Origin: an uncultured Dehalococcoidales bacterium
GTDB lineage: Bacteria; Chloroflexota; Dehalococcoidia; E44-bin15
Length of the DNA stretch: 49,465 nucleotides
Assembly (NCBI GenBank): GCA_964431905.1
Contig: CAYSLE010000001.1
Location: 1,185 to 50,649, forward strand
Direction of reading: 5' to 3'
This document shows positions 36,924 through 45,168 of the stretch, in pieces. The translations under genes were made by a program, and so were the position numbers. Numbering within the stretch: the stretch's first letter is position 1; each line of letters starts with the position of its first letter. A model generated the notes under the pieces. That model was not told where the DNA came from. It was given only the letters and a program-made list of their open reading frames with translations, and ran no database searches.

Positions 36924-38057
36924 TTACCCTCCCCCCGAAGACGAGTCGGCAACAGATGGAGCGCGGCGGATGAGAACCTTCTCCCGCACCAGCAGACCGA
37001 TGATAATAGCGATGAGCAATCCCAGAGCCACGGCCCAGGGTCCAAGGCTGGATGGCCCCGCGTCGCTTGAGGCCAATGCGAAGTTATGGGCTATAGCGGC
37101 CCCGGCGAGCATACCGAGAACGGCCATCCCGGCGTCGGTATCCCCCTCACCGCTGAGGATGAGTTGGCGCAAGGGGCAGCCTCCAGCGAGGGTCGCCGCC
37201 AGCCCCACCAGGGCCATGCCCAAGAAGTTCCACAGGTGGTTGGAGTGGGCAATGGGCTGGCCCTGGAAGCCGAGCATGAATTGGTCGCTCCCAAAGCCGT
37301 AGGTGAGGACCAGGTTCAATACCAGCGCCCCGGCGAAGAGTCCGATCACTGCCTTTATTAGATAGCCATCCCGGATCAGGAACAGGTCGCGCCAGGCCCC
37401 GACAAAGCACATCCGCGTCCGCTGGGCCAAGATGCCCACCACGAGACCGATCACCAGGGAGATGATGAGCGGGGCATGGAGCGATCCCGGCCCCGAGGCG
37501 CTGGAGCCGATAAAGTCATGTTTCAGGATGGCCAAGAGGAGAAGAACCACCATGCCCAGGGGCATTATCCACCCCACCGCCGTTGGCATCCTCACCGAGC
37601 GCCCCAGGTTAAAGCCCCGTCTCAGCAGAAACACCCCGACCAGCGCGCCAAAGGCGGTGCCGGCAAGGCCGGTGAGGCCATTGAGGTCGCCACCGGCGAG
37701 CCTGAGGGTGGCTCTGATGGGGCAGCCTAGGAACACCAGGGCCCCGATCATGATGAACATGCCCAATAAAAATCGGACTAGCGGGGCCGAGCCCCCCCTA
37801 GCCCGAAACTCACCGAAGATATAGGCAGCGGCGAAGCTGCCCAAAACGAAGCCTATGATCTCAGGGCGGATATACTGAACTGCCTCCGCCCCATGCAGGC
37901 CCAGCGCCCCTGAGGTGTCCCTCAGAAAGCAGGCAACGCATATCCCCATGTTGGGCGGGTTTCCCCACCTCACCAGTAACGCCGCCAGGACCCCTATCGT
38001 CAGACCGGAGAGGGTGATCAAGACGCCCGGCGTCAACAGTCGTGAAGCACGCGTCAA
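36924..38057 (-). CDS. YedE/YeeE family permease (putative selenium/thiosulfate transporter)
   Basis: Polytopic membrane protein with the paired conserved Cys regions GICVACFLRD and TRMCFVGAW. There is no ATG near the 5' end; TTG 38057 has an AAGGAGG SD 5 nt upstream (the listed start is TTG 38078). Confidence 0.8.
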   Translation of the reverse strand: MTRASRLLTPGVLITLSGLTIGVLAALLVRWGNPPNMGICVACFLRDTSGALGLHGAEAVQYIRPEIIGFVLGSFAAAYIFGEFRARGGSAPLVRFLLGMFIMIGALVFLGCPIRATLRLAGGDLNGLTGLAGTAFGALVGVFLLRRGFNLGRSVRMPTAVGWIMPLGMVVLLLLAILKHDFIGSSASGPGSLHAPLIISLVIGLVVGILAQRTRMCFVGAWRDLFLIRDGYLIKAVIGLFAGALVLNLVLTYGFGSDQFMLGFQGQPIAHSNHLWNFLGMALVGLAATLAGGCPLRQLILSGEGDTDAGMAVLGMLAGAAIAHNFALASSDAGPSSLGPWAVALGLLIAIIIGLLVREKVLIRRAPSVADSSSGGG

Positions 38058-38168
38058 AACGCCCTCCTTTCCTTCCAATCACCGGTAAGAGCCACGCTCT
38101 TAGCTCCTTCACGACTCATGTCCGGCGCTTCACTGCTCTCACCCCCTCTCTCCGCGATTCCCGGCAAC

Positions 38169-38198
38169 TTTATATCACGGTGGTAAATACCCTGTCAA
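38169..38198 (-). promoter_or_regulatory. Candidate promoter of the yedE-tusA-tusA-MTase-selD-selB operon
   Basis: Minus strand: TTGACA (38198-38193), 18 nt, TATAAA (38174-38169), with TGA immediately upstream (extended -10). Confidence 0.4.
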
Positions 38199-38209
38199 GG
38201 GCAATACGT

Positions 38210-38239
38210 TTGACACCTGTTTGGGCGTTATGCTACATT
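38210..38239 (+). promoter_or_regulatory. Candidate selA promoter placing +1 at the ATG
   Basis: TTGACA (38210-38215), 18 nt, TACATT (38234-38239), preceded by TGC. ATG 38246 begins 7 nt after the -10, with no SD between them. Confidence 0.4.
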
Positions 38240-38245
38240 GCTTTT

Positions 38246-39604
38246 ATGAGCGATTTTCGTCACCTCCCCAGCGTTGACCGGCTCATCTCCGATGAACGCC
38301 TCCAGGCGGCGGCGGCGGTCTATTCCCGCCCCCTTGTGGTGGAGATAGCGCGCCAGTATCTGGAGGAGGTCCGGCACAACATCGCCCAGGGCCAGTCACC
38401 GCCATCCTTCGACCAATTAGCGGAATCGATATGCGCTCGGCTCCACTCCACGGCTGAACCCAGCCTGAGGCTAGTGATAAACGCCACCGGCGTCCTGCTC
38501 CACACTAACCTGGGGCGGGCACCGTTGAGTCCGGAGGTCACAGCGGCTATGGAGCGGTGTGCCCGGGGCTACACCGATTTGGAGATCGACCTCGATAGCG
38601 GGAGGCGGGGCTCGCGCCAGGTTCACATCGAACCCCTGCTCTGCCAGCTAACCGGGGCCGAGGCGGCTCTGGTGGTGAACAACAATGCTTCGGCAGTGCT
38701 ACTGGCCCTTAGCGCTCTGGCCCGGGGCAAAGAGGTGATCGTCTCCCGAGGGCAGGCGGTAGAGATCGGCGGCGGCTTCCGCATCCCCGATGTCCTGCGC
38801 CAGAGCCGGGCCAAACTGGTAGAGGTAGGCACCACCAACCGCACCTATTTATCGGATTATGAGGAGGCGATCACTTCTCACACCGCCGCCCTGCTGCGGG
38901 TGCATTCCAGCAATTTCAAGGTTGTGGGCTTTGCTCAGGCGGTGGCCATTGAAGAGCTGACCCAGCTCGGGGAGCGTTACAACCTGCCGGTGCTCGATGA
39001 CCTGGGCAGCGGCTGCCTGATCGATACCTCCAAGTTCGGGCTGGACCCAGAGCCTCTGGTTCAGAAGAGCATCGCTGCCGGGGTGGGGCTGGCCATGTTC
39101 TCCGGGGATAAGCTTTTGGGTGGCCCCCAGGCCGGGATCATCGTCGGCCGCGAACTCCTTGTCGCCCAGCTTAGAAGGCATCCCCTAGCTCGGGCGGTGC
39201 GCATCGACAAGGTAAGGCTGGCCGGGCTGTCCGCCACCCTGCTCCACTATCTCAAGGGTGAAGCGGAGACTAAAATACCGGTGTGGCGGATGATTTCGGC
39301 ACCCCTGGGGGAAATAGAGGAGCGAGCCCGAAGATGGAGCCATCTCCTCGGCGATGTTGCCTCGGTAGTGGAAGGCGAATCAATGGTGGGAGGAGGAAGC
39401 CTGCCCGGGAGCACCCTGCCCACCCGATTGGTGGCTATCGGTCGCCGGGGCCAGGCTAAGGAAATAGCCGAAAAACTACGCCGGGAGTCGCCTCCCGTTA
39501 TCGGGCGCATCGAGAAAGACCTCCTGCTCCTCGACCCCCGCACTGTCCAGCCCGAGGAGGAAGAGGCTTTGCTCCATTCCCTGCGCCGCATCTTGACCTC
39601 TTAA
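38246..39604 (+). CDS. selA: L-seryl-tRNA(Sec) selenium transferase
   Basis: N-terminus MSDFRHLPSVDRLI and PLP-lysine motif FSGDKLLGGPQAG; about 452 aa. The listed ORF (from 38042) carries a non-homologous 68-aa extension that overlaps yedE. Confidence 0.9.
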   Translation: MSDFRHLPSVDRLISDERLQAAAAVYSRPLVVEIARQYLEEVRHNIAQGQSPPSFDQLAESICARLHSTAEPSLRLVINATGVLLHTNLGRAPLSPEVTAAMERCARGYTDLEIDLDSGRRGSRQVHIEPLLCQLTGAEAALVVNNNASAVLLALSALARGKEVIVSRGQAVEIGGGFRIPDVLRQSRAKLVEVGTTNRTYLSDYEEAITSHTAALLRVHSSNFKVVGFAQAVAIEELTQLGERYNLPVLDDLGSGCLIDTSKFGLDPEPLVQKSIAAGVGLAMFSGDKLLGGPQAGIIVGRELLVAQLRRHPLARAVRIDKVRLAGLSATLLHYLKGEAETKIPVWRMISAPLGEIEERARRWSHLLGDVASVVEGESMVGGGSLPGSTLPTRLVAIGRRGQAKEIAEKLRRESPPVIGRIEKDLLLLDPRTVQPEEEEALLHSLRRILTS

Positions 39605-39634
39605 GAGCTACATCTTAGGGAGACAAGTGGAGAG

Positions 39635-40792
39635 ATGAGAATGAAGAGAATATACCTCGACCATGCCGCTACCACCCCTACCGACCTCGAGGTGGTGGCA
39701 GCCATGCTGCCCTATTTCACCGATGCCTTCGGCAATCCATCCAGCATCCACTCTTTTGGCCAGGAGGCGAAGGCAGCGGTGGAGGAGGCGCGGGATAGGG
39801 TCGCCTCTCTCATCGGCGCTAAGAGTGAAGAGATCGTGTTCACCAGCGGTGGCACGGAGGCCGACAACTTTGCCCTCATGGGCGTAGCCTACGCCAACGA
39901 GGGCAAAGGAAACCACATCATCACCACCGCTATCGAGCACCACGCCGTTCTGGAGACCTGCAAATACCTGGAGAGAAAGGGTTTTGAGGTAACCTACCTG
40001 CCGGTGGACAGCTACGGCCTGGTCGATCCTGACGATGTCAGAAAGGCCATCACACATAAAACCGTCCTCATCTCGGTGATGCACGCCAATAACGAGGTCG
40101 GCACTATAGAGCCGGTAGCGGAGATTGGCAGCATTGCCCAGGAAAGGGGCATTCCCTTCCACACCGATGCGGTGCAGACAGTGGGCCATATCCCGGTGGA
40201 TGTGAATAATCTGGGGGTTGATCTACTGGCGATATCGGCCCATAAGCTCTACGGGCCCAAAGGGGTCGGGGCGCTCTACATCAGAAAGGGGACAAGGATG
40301 ACCCCTCTCCTCCACGGCGGCGAGCAGGAACGAAGGCGGAGGGCGGGCACCGAGAACGTGGCTGCCATCGTCGGCTTGGGCAAGGCGGCGGAGATTGCAA
40401 AGCAGAAAATGGCGTCAGAGGCGAAACGCCTGATCCCTCTCCGGGACAAGCTGATACAAGGTCTTATGGGGCGGATGGAGCATATCCGCCTCAACGGCCA
40501 TCCTACGCTGAGGCTGCCCAATAATGTCAATGTGAGCATTGAGTTTGTGGAGGGGGAGGCTATGCTGCTCAATCTCGACCTTGAAGGCATCGCCGCCTCC
40601 ACCGGCTCCGCCTGCGCCTCGGGCAGCCTGGAGCCATCCCATGTCCTGCTTGCCCTGGGACTGTCCCAGAGGCTTTCTCTAGGCTCGCTCAGGTTTACCT
40701 TAGGGCGAGATACCTGCGAAGAGGACATCGACCGCGTTATCCAGGTATTGCCCCAAATAGTGGCCAGGCTGCGCCTTATATCACATCGATAA
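39635..40792 (+). CDS. Cysteine desulfurase (NifS/IscS class; possible selenocysteine lyase role)
   Basis: IYLDHAATTP, PLP-Lys SAHKLYGPKG and active-site GSACASGS; 385 aa. Located directly downstream of selA. Confidence 0.9.
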   Translation: MRMKRIYLDHAATTPTDLEVVAAMLPYFTDAFGNPSSIHSFGQEAKAAVEEARDRVASLIGAKSEEIVFTSGGTEADNFALMGVAYANEGKGNHIITTAIEHHAVLETCKYLERKGFEVTYLPVDSYGLVDPDDVRKAITHKTVLISVMHANNEVGTIEPVAEIGSIAQERGIPFHTDAVQTVGHIPVDVNNLGVDLLAISAHKLYGPKGVGALYIRKGTRMTPLLHGGEQERRRRAGTENVAAIVGLGKAAEIAKQKMASEAKRLIPLRDKLIQGLMGRMEHIRLNGHPTLRLPNNVNVSIEFVEGEAMLLNLDLEGIAASTGSACASGSLEPSHVLLALGLSQRLSLGSLRFTLGRDTCEEDIDRVIQVLPQIVARLRLISHR

Positions 40793-40882
40793 AAACCTCG
40801 GTTTTACCCCAAAATTTCGTGAGCTTTAGTAGGCCACAGAAAGTAGCTGATATAGGGGATAAGGTGAAGGGCGAAAGAGCAC

Positions 40883-41878
40883 CTAGAGCTGCCAGAAGCT
40901 GACAAGATCGATATAGTCTAAGAGTCCGCACATTGCAATGTTCTCCGCCTCGATCCCAGCCTCGACCGCAGCCGCCACAGGATTGAGGCCACCCAACAGT
41001 ATCATGCCCACCTTGTTCAGCCCTACCGGGATCTCACACAGCGGCTCGCTGGTCTCCCCGATCATAACCAGGCCACCAAATCCAGCGTCTCTTAGACTTG
41101 AGATAACGGTCTCCGCCAGAGGTCGGCAGGGCGCTGGCATCTCCCGGAAGTTGGCCAGTATCTTACCCTGACCTTTCCTCGCCGCCTCGCCCACGGAGGT
41201 CATCCTGCTAGTGATAAATATCTCCGACGGGTCCAGGGAGGAGCCGCTATACTCGATAAGCTCGACAAAGCGCAGCGGCCTGTGATTTCTGAGCTGGAGG
41301 ATACCGCCGAATCTGGAATCGGCAGGGATGCCAGCCTTGAGCAATGCCCCATTGATTACGATGCTGCAAACTGTGGCGAAGCCCACCTTGCCTCGGGGGA
41401 CAGTAACCTCACCCAACCTCTGCCCCTCACCAGCCACTGCCACCAGCTCGCTGACCGAGAGCCCCGCCTTAAACGGGGCCTTCATCGCCTTTAAAGCGTC
41501 CTCAAATCTCCTTCGTGGGAAGAAGGAGATATTCATTGGGACTTGCCCGGTGCGCCTTTCCCAGTCGAAGGTGGTGCGAAAGGCCAGGAGTTGGATCTTG
41601 GAGATGACAAAGCCCACCTTGTCGCCCACCAAAGCGCTCCTTAGCTCCTCAACTCCGGCCGGGGTGATCAACCTTCCATCTCTGCCCACAGCCTGGGTGA
41701 GGCCTCGCTCATCCATGATCTTGAGGTGATACCTCACCGCCCTCTCCCCCAGCTCAACGCCATAATCCTTTAGTCTCTGGGCAATAACCCTGGCCCCCAC
41801 CGGCTCCGGGGAATCGTTTAATATCCTCAGGATGGTGACCACCTTCCTCTCCACCTCCCGCCTCTCCTGTCCAATCAT
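40883..41878 (-). CDS. NrpR-like regulator (winged HTH + DUF128/NrpR regulatory domain)
   Basis: VVTILRILNDSPEPVGARVIAQRLKDYGVELGERAVRYHLKIMDERGL is the winged HTH, followed by one NRD-type domain; 331 aa. ATGA overlap with the upstream LutB-like gene. Confidence 0.7.
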   Translation of the reverse strand: MIGQERREVERKVVTILRILNDSPEPVGARVIAQRLKDYGVELGERAVRYHLKIMDERGLTQAVGRDGRLITPAGVEELRSALVGDKVGFVISKIQLLAFRTTFDWERRTGQVPMNISFFPRRRFEDALKAMKAPFKAGLSVSELVAVAGEGQRLGEVTVPRGKVGFATVCSIVINGALLKAGIPADSRFGGILQLRNHRPLRFVELIEYSGSSLDPSEIFITSRMTSVGEAARKGQGKILANFREMPAPCRPLAETVISSLRDAGFGGLVMIGETSEPLCEIPVGLNKVGMILLGGLNPVAAAVEAGIEAENIAMCGLLDYIDLVSFWQL

Positions 41879-43188
41879 CCTTCTCCCCCCTTCTCCAGGC
41901 GTAACACCGCCGAGATCAGCGCCACCAGCTCCAGGCGGAGGGCGCTAAACAGGAGCCTGAGATGGGAATCAACGAACCGGTAGGCCTCCTCTAGGTGTGG
42001 CTCAGGAAGCCTGGCTCCATATTCCTGGCGTAGCCTTCTTATCATCTGAGGCAAATCTATGCCCACGGGGCAGTGGCTCTTGCAGCGGCCACAGGTGAGG
42101 CAGTAATCAAGCCCGCTCTCCTTAGCCGTCTCCATGCCCTGGCGAAAGGACGAATAGATAACACCGGTGCCGCCCTGGTTATGCTCATATCCGAACTTGC
42201 CGCCATGAACCTGGTAGGCGGGGCACTGGAGGAGGCACTCCCCGCACCCGATGCAGTAGAGGAGCTCCCGGAAATCGCTCTGCAGAATATCGCTCCTCTT
42301 GTTATCGAGGAGGATCAGGGATATGGTCTTTGGCCCATGAACGCCCCTAAATATCTTCTTCTCAATGTCTGCCGTCCTCGATGGCCCCCCGATAATGTTT
42401 ATGAAAGAGGTGATCACAGCGCCGGTGGCGTAGAAGGTCTGGAGCTTTGCCATATTCATCGCTTCCTCAAGGTTGGGGTATATCTTGTCCATCCCGGCGA
42501 CGATGATGTTCCCACCCGGGCACATCATCAATTCTAGGATATTCCCCTCGTTGTGGATGAGGAGGATGGCCCCCTCCTCCGCCGCTATCGCGTTGGCGCC
42601 AAAGATGCCGACCTTGGCCTGTTTCAGGTAGCTTGAGACCTCATCTCGTATGGTCTTTGTCAGGACATCGGGATCAGGGGCTATCTCCTTCTTGAAATGG
42701 CGAGAGAGGATGTTGGCAATCTCATCCCGTGAAAGGTGGCTCGCTGGCCCGGTGGGGTGAGAGGGCCGGTCACCGGCAAGCTGAATTATCCTATCGCCGA
42801 TATCGGTCTCGATAACCTCTATTCCTCGCAATTGCAGGGCTTCGGTGAGGCCGATCTCCTTAGCCGTGTTCGATTTGGCCTTGACCACCAGTTTTTCATC
42901 CCCTATCCTATTCAAAACGAGGGCAATCGCCTCCTCCTTGGTGGCGGCAAGCTCAACCTCTATGCCGTTACCCCTCAGGTTTTCAATGGCTTCATCGAGG
43001 AGCTCACGGTTGCCAAGGGAATACTCCCTGGTTCGCCTCAGTCTTTCCTTCCTCTGCTCCAGGTCTGGAATCCTCTTGGCGTTGTCCCCCTGCCTTCTCC
43101 TCACCGTAGCAAAGGACCTCCGCATTGTCCCGACCCTTTTTCTCTCCTTGGCCCCCATCCTCAGTCTATAGCTCAGGGAACCGGGCAT
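41875..43188 (-). CDS. LutB/LldF-like LUD-domain iron-sulfur protein
   Basis: LUD (DUF162) region plus two ferredoxin-type motifs, CIGCGECLLQCP and CLTCGRCKSHCP. The start is uncertain (Met 1, 11 or 22). Confidence 0.7.
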   Translation of the reverse strand: MPGSLSYRLRMGAKERKRVGTMRRSFATVRRRQGDNAKRIPDLEQRKERLRRTREYSLGNRELLDEAIENLRGNGIEVELAATKEEAIALVLNRIGDEKLVVKAKSNTAKEIGLTEALQLRGIEVIETDIGDRIIQLAGDRPSHPTGPASHLSRDEIANILSRHFKKEIAPDPDVLTKTIRDEVSSYLKQAKVGIFGANAIAAEEGAILLIHNEGNILELMMCPGGNIIVAGMDKIYPNLEEAMNMAKLQTFYATGAVITSFINIIGGPSRTADIEKKIFRGVHGPKTISLILLDNKRSDILQSDFRELLYCIGCGECLLQCPAYQVHGGKFGYEHNQGGTGVIYSSFRQGMETAKESGLDYCLTCGRCKSHCPVGIDLPQMIRRLRQEYGARLPEPHLEEAYRFVDSHLRLLFSALRLELVALISAVLRLEKGGEG

Positions 43189-43193
43189 GATCC

Positions 43194-43403
43194 TTAACCC
43201 TTGGCCGCCATACGCTCCAGCGACCTTTTCTCCATGTTTTTGTCACGGCTCCAGGCCAGGCAAGCAGCCTTGCACAGCCCGCAGGCGTAGCATTTGTCAC
43301 TATCTGCAGATACCCTTTTATCGCTCACGCTGATAGCCCCCGCCGGACAAACAGATTGGCAGTAGGGGATACAGCAATACTGAGGGCAGATAACATTTAT
43401 CAT
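43194..43403 (-). CDS. Small 4Fe-4S ferredoxin-like protein
   Basis: 69 aa with CPQYCCIPYCQSVCP and CYACGLCKAAC cysteine clusters. Confidence 0.65.
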   Translation of the reverse strand: MINVICPQYCCIPYCQSVCPAGAISVSDKRVSADSDKCYACGLCKAACLAWSRDKNMEKRSLERMAAKG

Positions 43404-43416
43404 CTTGAGCCTCCTT

Positions 43417-44979
43417 TTATCCCAGAATCCTATCTACTTCCTCGCCATCGGCATCCATTACGTAGGCAATGCCCGACACCTCCGCTGCCTCACGGGTGAG
43501 GGCCATGATGTCGTCCCTTGAGATATGCTCTAGGGCAAACTTCCTGGCCCCGGCCATTAGCTGCTGCAATCCAGCGCTCAGCCTCTCATAGTAGGTATAC
43601 ATCCCGATGGCAGCCGGGGGTATCCTGTCGAAGTCTTTTCCATACTTTTCCTTCAGCTTTGCCGCCCCGGAGAAGGCCTGGATGAGCGCCTCCTGACGCC
43701 TCTTCCGGTCATCGCCTCTCGCCTCCTCGATCAGCTTGCCATGGGTATGTCCTACCATAGCCGCCGCCTGGGTCGCCCGGCCCATACAAACCGCCTTTAT
43801 ATAGGGGGTGCCCAGGGCAATGGCCTTGAATATCTGGTCTTCAAGGACAATGCCGCCGGCGATAGCGCAACGGGGTATGAAGGCCCCCTTCCTCTCCAGC
43901 CTGGTGAGGTAATCATATAACATACACTCCAAGTAGACGGTGGGCACACCCCACTCATTCATCATCCGCCACGGGCTCATTCCGGTGCCGCCACCGGAGC
44001 CATCAACGGTGAGGAGGTCGATTCTTGCTTCTGAGGCGCACTTCACCGCCCTAGCCAGATCCGCCGGCCGATAGGCTCCAGTCTTGAGGGTCACATACCT
44101 GGCCCCCAGGCCCCTGAGCCTTTCAACCTCCCTGATGAACGCCTCCTCTTCGACCATGCCCAATCTAGAATGGCGCTCGAATTCACTAAAGGCCCCCAAC
44201 CTGAAGGCCTCTTGGTTTGTAGTGTCTTCCGGGTCGGGGAGAACGATATAGCCCCTCTTTTTGAGCTGGAGCGCCCGCTCCAGCGATGGTAGTTTCACCT
44301 CGCCACCGATGCTCTTGGCCCCCTGGCCCCACTTGGCCTCGATGACCTCCACACCCAGCTTCTCGATGACATACTCGGGGACGCCGAGACGCCCATCCTC
44401 CACATTATACTGCACCACAATGGCTCCATAGCCATTCTGCCACTCTTTGAAGATTCCCACCCGCCTCTCCATCTCCGGCGATCGCACAACCTTACCGCGG
44501 CTAAACTCGGCACGCGGGTCCATGCCACAGACGTTCTCGCCTACCACAACCATGGTGCCAGAGATGGCAGCACCGATGGCCATTCCCTCCCAGTGGATCC
44601 TGGCGATCTCTGTGGAGCCCAATGCGCCGGTGAAGAAGGGAACCTGAAGCCTTATCTGACCATCAGCTCCCACCGCGGTGGAGATGTCAACTGCGGGGAA
44701 TATCGCTATGTCCGAATCCGCCTTCACCCCCACCGCCCCAACACAGGTGCCCTGAATGTTAAAGTGAGAGAAGTCTATCGGGAAGTCCTTCTCCGCCCCC
44801 GCGGTCACCTTGCCAAAGGGCTGGGGGTAGATAATTTGCCTCCCTTTCAGGGCCGACCTCCCCACCTCGCAGTAGCCGGGGCAGCCATCATAGCAGGTGA
44901 CGCATAGCCCGGCAGGGGTAGCGTCAGCCCTGGTAGTGGTCAGAGTTGCAGCACTAGCGTTTGGCCTGCTCAGCGACAT
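43417..44979 (-). CDS. Glutamate synthase-related FMN-binding protein (GltB domain-2 type)
   Basis: N-terminal Cys cluster CVTCYDGCPGYCE and a TIM-barrel FMN region with DGSGGGTGMSPW; 520 aa. An AAAGGAGGAAG SD is present. Confidence 0.8.
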   Translation of the reverse strand: MSLSRPNASAATLTTTRADATPAGLCVTCYDGCPGYCEVGRSALKGRQIIYPQPFGKVTAGAEKDFPIDFSHFNIQGTCVGAVGVKADSDIAIFPAVDISTAVGADGQIRLQVPFFTGALGSTEIARIHWEGMAIGAAISGTMVVVGENVCGMDPRAEFSRGKVVRSPEMERRVGIFKEWQNGYGAIVVQYNVEDGRLGVPEYVIEKLGVEVIEAKWGQGAKSIGGEVKLPSLERALQLKKRGYIVLPDPEDTTNQEAFRLGAFSEFERHSRLGMVEEEAFIREVERLRGLGARYVTLKTGAYRPADLARAVKCASEARIDLLTVDGSGGGTGMSPWRMMNEWGVPTVYLECMLYDYLTRLERKGAFIPRCAIAGGIVLEDQIFKAIALGTPYIKAVCMGRATQAAAMVGHTHGKLIEEARGDDRKRRQEALIQAFSGAAKLKEKYGKDFDRIPPAAIGMYTYYERLSAGLQQLMAGARKFALEHISRDDIMALTREAAEVSGIAYVMDADGEEVDRILG

Positions 44980-45030
44980 ACTTCCTCCTTTTTACAGTTT
45001 CTGAGTCGCTATCGATTTTGAAGGTCAATA

Positions 45031-45074
45031 GGCAACCGTTTTCCTATCCTACATCATGCCACGACCGTTGTCAA
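45031..45074 (-). promoter_or_regulatory. Candidate promoter plus NrpR-type operator of the gltS-like operon
   Basis: Minus strand: TTGACA (45074-45069), 17 nt, TAGGAT (45051-45046). GGCA-ACCGTT-TTCC (45031-45044, inside the inverted repeat ATAGG-N10-CCTAT) spans the predicted +1. It differs at one position from the methanogen NrpR operator GGAA-N6-TTCC. Confidence 0.35.
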
Positions 45075-45109
45075 CAGCTAAGCATATCGGGACACTAGCT
45101 ATATCCCCC

Positions 45110-45138
45110 TTGACGCAGGTATAGAGCTACTGTATACT
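45110..45138 (+). promoter_or_regulatory. Candidate promoter of the CoA-transferase pair
   Basis: TTGACG (45110-45115), 17 nt, TATACT (45133-45138). The AAGGAAGGAGG SD and GTG 45169 follow. Confidence 0.45.
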
Positions 45139-45168
45139 GGCTGCACCCAACAAGGAAGGAGGTGCGAA

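Noticed and set aside
38042-38245. 68-aa N-terminal extension of the listed selA ORF
   Set aside because: It has no similarity to SelA N-termini, which begin near MSDFRHLPSVDRL. It overlaps the divergent yedE coding region and both promoters.
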